NCBI GenBank assembly: GCA_038321575.1
Contig: JBBQFD010000001.1
Coordinates: 2,982 to 66,981 of the forward strand
Reading direction: 5' to 3'
Source of the DNA: Bacilli bacterium
Lineage (GTDB): Bacteria > Bacillota_I > Bacilli_A > RF39 > UBA660
Length of the DNA: 64,000 nt
Positions within the stretch are counted from its first letter, which is position 1. Each line of letters starts with the position of its first letter. The position numbers and the translations under genes were made by a program. Below, in pieces: positions 59,148 through 64,000 of the stretch. The notes beneath the pieces are model-generated. The model made no database searches. It saw nothing but the letters and a program-made list of their open reading frames with translations, and had not been told where the DNA came from.

Positions 59148-59774
59148 TTACTTAGTCTTTTCGTAATAGTAATTTATAAAAGAAATTATTGCATAACATA
59201 GCTTTTCCATGTTGCCATCGTTATCTCTAAATTTCTTATTTATTTCTATTTGAATTACATCAATATCTGTATTTGAATATATATATTGAGTAATTCCACC
59301 GCCTTTAAAAGGATCATTATATTTAATATTGTTTATTCCATACTTATTAAATGCTTCCTCTAGTTCTTTTATTACACTGAAGTCAGCAGAAAGATTATTT
59401 AAAGTTCCAAATTCAACATCAAAATCTCTATCAATGCCTGCCCCGTGAATATCTATTAATAGCTTAACGTTATCTTTTTTGATAACAGCAAGTAAACTCT
59501 CTTTGAATTCATCAATAATATTTGAATTTGAATCTATTCCGTTATCTTTTAACTTAATATAGTATGAACAATTAACTTTATCGGCTACATATTGTGCTAT
59601 TTCCTTAGTAAATGGTTCACTCTTTTTTAAACCGTTTTCTTTTTGTTGTCTCATAGTGTGTACAGCCGTTAAAATTACAGGTATTTTACCTTCTTTTGTT
59701 AAATACATGTCAGTATTTTCTTTATCATTATAATTATTTATTTCATCTTTAAAATTCATGTTATCACCTCGCAT
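59148..59774 (-). CDS. hypothetical protein, possibly N-formylglutamate amidohydrolase-like fold
   Basis: IPVILTAVHT...LLIDIHGAG...VIQIEINKKFR gives weak similarity only. Confidence 0.4.
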   Translation of the reverse strand: MRGDNMNFKDEINNYNDKENTDMYLTKEGKIPVILTAVHTMRQQKENGLKKSEPFTKEIAQYVADKVNCSYYIKLKDNGIDSNSNIIDEFKESLLAVIKKDNVKLLIDIHGAGIDRDFDVEFGTLNNLSADFSVIKELEEAFNKYGINNIKYNDPFKGGGITQYIYSNTDIDVIQIEINKKFRDNDGNMEKLCYAIISFINYYYEKTK

Positions 59775-59795
59775 TCATTATAATAAAAAAAGTTT

Positions 59796-60581
59796 TTATG
59801 AACCTGTTCCTTGATAATGTTTTAATGAATAATTAAAAATTAATACCGCTGGCACAATAATTAACATACCAAGTAGTGGTGATATAATCGAAATAATACT
59901 GTTGCTTTTTCCTAAAAGATATAATAGTGGATAATAATTAATACAGGCGATTGGGATAATATAAGTAAAGAATTTCAAGACAACATCGTTAAATATTCCT
60001 ATTGGATATTGTCCCATCTCTTTAGAACCGTCCGTAAAAATATTAACAACCTCAAGTCCCTCAATTGTATAAAATGTGATAGCTGCACCAATTATAAACA
60101 ATGATAAAAATATAATTATTGATGATAAACACATAATAGCAATTATCCAAACACGACTCATAACAATTGTATCGCTTTTAGAAATCGCATATATCAGTAT
60201 TATAACAGTACCTATTACTCTACCAATTTTTTCATAAGCAATATTACTACCAATAATTTGCAAATAGATATTCCTTGGTTTAATCAATAATAAATCAAAT
60301 GTCCCACTTTTAATCAATTTTTTAAAGCGATCAAAGCCGCGACCGATAAACTCTGCTGATGAAAAACCAATATTAATAACCGAAAATGATATTAAAACAT
60401 CATATAAAGTAAACCCCTTAATACTGCCAAAACGACTAAAAAGTGAATACATAGCTATATATGATGTACCTATAGTAAGTGTTTGAGCAATTACAATTAA
60501 TATGAAGGGTACTTTATACTCAAGTTTACTACGTAAATGCATACTTAAATACTTTAATAACATACTAACCTCCTTGTACAT
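59796..60581 (-). CDS. ABC-2 family transporter permease
   Basis: A six-TM protein. Its start overlaps the upstream permease. Confidence 0.65.
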   Translation of the reverse strand: MYKEVSMLLKYLSMHLRSKLEYKVPFILIVIAQTLTIGTSYIAMYSLFSRFGSIKGFTLYDVLISFSVINIGFSSAEFIGRGFDRFKKLIKSGTFDLLLIKPRNIYLQIIGSNIAYEKIGRVIGTVIILIYAISKSDTIVMSRVWIIAIMCLSSIIIFLSLFIIGAAITFYTIEGLEVVNIFTDGSKEMGQYPIGIFNDVVLKFFTYIIPIACINYYPLLYLLGKSNSIISIISPLLGMLIIVPAVLIFNYSLKHYQGTGS

Positions 60582-61365
60582 ATATGCGTTTAACTATTAT
60601 TTTCAAAAATGTTGTGCCGATAAACATAATGACGGCTATCCAAGCAATTTGAAGTACAAGACTAAATAATGCTTCATTAATAAGCATATTACCAGTATAT
60701 ACACGCAACGGTAAATCAGCAATTAAACGGAACGGTAAGTAATATGTTAAATTTTTAATTATTTCGGGCAAAAATGGCAACGGTAAGTGGCTACCTGATA
60801 ATAACTTTATAACAATAAAAATGATATCTGTTATACCGTCTCCCGTATTATTATAAAAAGATAACATAGTTACTAACATTACAATAACACCAATCATAAT
60901 CGATCCTAAGAATAATGATATTATAAATAATATAAACGCAAAAAACGATATGGGTAATGTTAAATTATAGGGGGCTGGCAAAAAAATGGCAACAACTATA
61001 ATTGGTAAAAACCTTAAAGAGGTTGCAGCGTATTTTTTAGCAAGAAGTCTAATAAACCAAAACCAATATAATTTATATGGTTTAGTTAACTCATAACATA
61101 CATTACCTGATTTAAATGATTCTATTATATCGTCATCTGCCATTAAATATAACATCGCAAAAAAAGCTTGATTAATCCACACATAAGGAACCATTTGACT
61201 AAAACTAATAATTTGGTTTTGATTCCCACTTGTATAAAACGACTGAAAAACAAAAATTAGTAACGTCCCCCAAAAGAATTGTGCTAGAATACCAGATAAA
61301 GCAGCAGAACGATATTGTAAAGCATTAATAATTTGAAGCTTGAAATATGTAACATAACTTCTCAT
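60565..61365 (-). CDS. ABC-2 family transporter permease
   Basis: A six-TM protein that overlaps the ATPase gene stop. Confidence 0.65.
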   Translation of the reverse strand: MRSYVTYFKLQIINALQYRSAALSGILAQFFWGTLLIFVFQSFYTSGNQNQIISFSQMVPYVWINQAFFAMLYLMADDDIIESFKSGNVCYELTKPYKLYWFWFIRLLAKKYAATSLRFLPIIVVAIFLPAPYNLTLPISFFAFILFIISLFLGSIMIGVIVMLVTMLSFYNNTGDGITDIIFIVIKLLSGSHLPLPFLPEIIKNLTYYLPFRLIADLPLRVYTGNMLINEALFSLVLQIAWIAVIMFIGTTFLKIIVKRIYVQGG

Positions 61366-62345
61366 ATCTGATGTTCCTTGTATAGTTTAACAATTATTTC
61401 TTCAATATCTTCCTCATAAACATTAATATCGTTTATTTCAAATACTTTAGTATATTCACTTATTACATTAGAAATTGTTTGTTTCTTTAAATCAATTTTG
61501 AGTAGTAAACGATTTGTTGTTAATTCGCCAACAGTAACGCCATCTAAATTTGTTATCTCGAAAAGATTGTGACCATATATTTCTAATTTTTTAAAAGTTA
61601 AAAACTTTTTTTTAATTTTAGAAATACTACCATCATATAAAATTTTACCTTTGCCAATTAAAATAATTCTTTTAGCTAAAGCTTCAATATCTGCCATATC
61701 ATGAGTAGTTAATATAACTGTTACTTTTCTTGTTTTATTAATATCTTTAATTATATTTCTAATTGCTAACTTATTGACGGCGTCAAGACCGATGGTTGGT
61801 TCATCAAGAAATAAAATGTTTGGTTTATGAAGCAATGCCGCCGCTATTTCAGCGCGCATCTTTTGGCCAAGACTAAGTTGTCTAACAGGCATTTCAACTA
61901 TATCGTAAAGATCGAAAGCTTCAATTAACTCTTTTTTTGTTTCTTCGTATTCTAAAGCATCCAATTTATAAATATCACGTAAAAGATCATAAGAATCTCC
62001 AACTGGTATATCCCACCATAATTGAGATTTTTGGCCAAATACTACTCCGATTTTTGCAACATATTTTTCGCGATCAGCGAAAGGGTCCATACCATCAACA
62101 ATACATTCTCCACTATCAGGATACAATATACCTGATAACATTTTTATTGTTGTTGACTTACCAGCACCATTAGGCCCAATATAACCAATAATTTCTCCCT
62201 TATCAATTTTAAAAGAGATGTTATCAACAGCTTTAATGATGGTTTTGTTTGATTTGAAAAAATTTTTAATAGCTGCTTTTAAACCGCTTTTTCTTTTATT
62301 AACTTTGTAAAATTTGCTAATATTTTTCACTTCAATAAAACTCAT
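61362..62345 (-). CDS. ABC transporter ATP-binding protein
   Basis: Walker A GPNGAGKST, signature LSLGQKMRAEIAAAL and Walker B ILFLDEPTIGLD are present, with a C-terminal extension. Confidence 0.9.
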   Translation of the reverse strand: MSFIEVKNISKFYKVNKRKSGLKAAIKNFFKSNKTIIKAVDNISFKIDKGEIIGYIGPNGAGKSTTIKMLSGILYPDSGECIVDGMDPFADREKYVAKIGVVFGQKSQLWWDIPVGDSYDLLRDIYKLDALEYEETKKELIEAFDLYDIVEMPVRQLSLGQKMRAEIAAALLHKPNILFLDEPTIGLDAVNKLAIRNIIKDINKTRKVTVILTTHDMADIEALAKRIILIGKGKILYDGSISKIKKKFLTFKKLEIYGHNLFEITNLDGVTVGELTTNRLLLKIDLKKQTISNVISEYTKVFEINDINVYEEDIEEIIVKLYKEHQI

Positions 62346-62523
62346 AAAGTCCTCCTATTAAATATACATAGAAAGTATTAAATGGTATATATAAAATTAA
62401 CTATTAAGATTATAACATAAGTGAGATTAAAATTTACAAATTTTTTAATTTTATTAGAGCATTAAATTAAAGATGATCATCAGATTTGTATTTTTTTTTA
62501 ATATTAATTAAATGGTGATTCAA

Positions 62524-63105
62524 TTAATAAAACTTCTTTTCATCTAGTTCTAAATTTTTGCCACTTAAAACGTGCTTTAAATATTCTTTAACTCCAATAT
62601 TAGGATTGGGTTGACTATATTCAAAACATTTAAGAATAGATATATCACTTGGTTTGGCAATTCCATTATTTATTGCATATTCCAGGTGTTTTAACTTAAC
62701 TGTTTGTATCGCTTCGTTTATCGTATCAAATTCATGGATTCCTTTTTCTGTTTCAAATGAATGTTCAAACCAAAAGATTTTGTGATTATTTTCGAATAAT
62801 AAAAATGTGTGAGTAGGATAATTATTAGGCGTATCTATTAAGAAAATCATAAATATAGTCCTAATTGTATATCCATGCTCCCTAAACCAATTTCTTTCTA
62901 ATTCAACTTGATCCCAGCATGTACCATAGTGACTCTCTATTAGTCTTTCTGGTTCTTGAATAATACAATTATTATACCAATTCTTATTCCATTCCTCATC
63001 TTGATCGATGTATATTTTATTATCTTTTGATAAAAAACCATAATATATATTTTCATGCATATATTTTAATAGCTGATGCGGGGTTTTAATTTCTTGATAT
63101 TTCAT
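62524..63105 (-). CDS. hypothetical protein, possible papain-like Cys/His fold
   Basis: Conserved Cys (GTCWDQ) and downstream His residues are present in a 193-aa protein. Confidence 0.4.
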   Translation of the reverse strand: MKYQEIKTPHQLLKYMHENIYYGFLSKDNKIYIDQDEEWNKNWYNNCIIQEPERLIESHYGTCWDQVELERNWFREHGYTIRTIFMIFLIDTPNNYPTHTFLLFENNHKIFWFEHSFETEKGIHEFDTINEAIQTVKLKHLEYAINNGIAKPSDISILKCFEYSQPNPNIGVKEYLKHVLSGKNLELDEKKFY

Positions 63106-63201
63106 TTAATCACCTATCAATATTATATCAAAAAAACTTGATATTCTCATATCAAGTTCAACTAATTCATATTTGGTATGGAGGCAAAAGGAATTACTGA
63201 T

Positions 63202-63822
63202 TTATTTTTTATTTTTTAAATCAATTAGACCATTACTATTTTCACGCTTTAATTCATTCCATCTTTGTTTGCTCATTACTGATTCATATGTAGTGATAGG
63301 AATGCCGTTTTTGACCCAGGATTCATCAATTACATTAAAAAGTTCAAACCCTAGTTTTTCACTAACTCTTTTTGATTTTTTATTACCTTCATCCCATCCA
63401 GATATAACATTGTCATACCCTATGCTGAATAAGTGATTTAAAACCGCAGAAATTGCCTCAGGCATGTACCCTTGACCCCAATAATCGGGGTGTAAATTAT
63501 AAGCAAGTTCAATCGCTTTAATATCTTCTCTTTCTCGGTCGGATGTAATATTCCCAATGGGAGCCATGTTTGTTTTTAAATAAATAATCCAATCAAATGA
63601 TTTCTTTTCACTGACACATTGTTCATAATGTTTATCCATACCATCACTAAACCAAGCTCTAATTTCTTTAGGATCTTGTTTTTTAAATTCAAACTCCCCG
63701 TTGATATCTCTAACTTTTCGCATATCATATTCATAAACTGAAATATAATCTTCAATCGTTCCTTTTTTTAATATTAATCTATTTGTCTCAATCTCAATAG
63801 TTTCATAATTTTCAATGTTCAT
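63202..63822 (-). CDS. GNAT-family N-acetyltransferase (RimJ/RimL-like)
   Basis: The acetyl-CoA binding region is present (WGQGYMPEAISAVLNHLF). Confidence 0.8.
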   Translation of the reverse strand: MNIENYETIEIETNRLILKKGTIEDYISVYEYDMRKVRDINGEFEFKKQDPKEIRAWFSDGMDKHYEQCVSEKKSFDWIIYLKTNMAPIGNITSDREREDIKAIELAYNLHPDYWGQGYMPEAISAVLNHLFSIGYDNVISGWDEGNKKSKRVSEKLGFELFNVIDESWVKNGIPITTYESVMSKQRWNELKRENSNGLIDLKNKK

Positions 63823-63939
63823 AGGTCACCTCACATATATTATAGCATGTTCTTCTTTGCTTTTTATAAAACGAAAACCATGGAAATTGCCCTTATTTAC
63901 ATGGTTTTAATTGTGTTTTGTCCCAATAATTGGGAGTGA

Positions 63940-63990
63940 CTTTTAATTTGGCATGGAATCAAAGGGGATTTTCAAATTTATTTATTTTTG
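63940..63990. repeat. third degenerate copy of the tRNA-Pro 3'-end/flank repeat (d)
   Basis: The sequence cccaataattggga...cttttaatttggcatggaatcaaaggggattttcaaattt parallels cccaaaaagttggga...cttttaaaatggtcgggaaaac at the tRNA-Pro 3' end and repeats a/b. Confidence 0.5.
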
Positions 63991-64000
63991 TAATAATCAA

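Overview
This is an AT-rich, low-GC monoderm (Bacillota-like) chromosomal segment that uses the standard genetic code; for example the Trp residues of TrpS and MetK are full length with TGA as a stop codon. About 90% of it is coding, mostly on the minus strand.

Housekeeping content:
- a heterodimeric ABC exporter pair under a MarR regulator, and ScpA/ScpB
- MraY and MurE
- GluRS, AsnRS and TrpRS
- MetK behind a SAM-I riboswitch
- RlmD/RumA and RluB
- LtaS with a two-component system
- 14 tRNA genes: tRNA-Leu(CAA), tRNA-Ala(TGC), and a 12-gene array (Val, Thr, Tyr, Gln, Lys, Leu, Ser, fMet, Asp, Phe, Arg, Pro)

Accessory or unusual content:
1. Two single-gene islets (a P-loop kinase and a NUDIX hydrolase) sit immediately 3' of tRNA-Pro. 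Each is bounded by a degenerate direct repeat of the tRNA-Pro 3' end plus its downstream flank. A third copy of the repeat lies at the window edge.
2. A 2568-aa fusion of a membrane glycosyltransferase and a GH94 phosphorylase resembles cyclic beta-1,2-glucan synthase (Cgs/NdvB/ChvB). It is flanked by Pgi and a phosphoglucomutase.
3. A 1195-aa protein has a ComGC-type prepilin leader, GLUG-motif repeats, a TTG start, and an internal near-identical ~1 kb tandem duplication.
4. A heliorhodopsin sits next to an SDR oxidoreductase.
5. A WcaB-like hexapeptide acetyltransferase is frameshifted at a homopolymer.
6. A doubly degenerate GGDEF-EAL protein is present.
7. MurE carries EDPH in place of the DNPR motif.
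8. Several terminator hairpins share a common arm sequence.
9. Two small genes were missed by the ORF track: a DUF1328 protein and a 53-aa basic protein.

No CRISPR array, integrase, transposase or rRNA gene is present.
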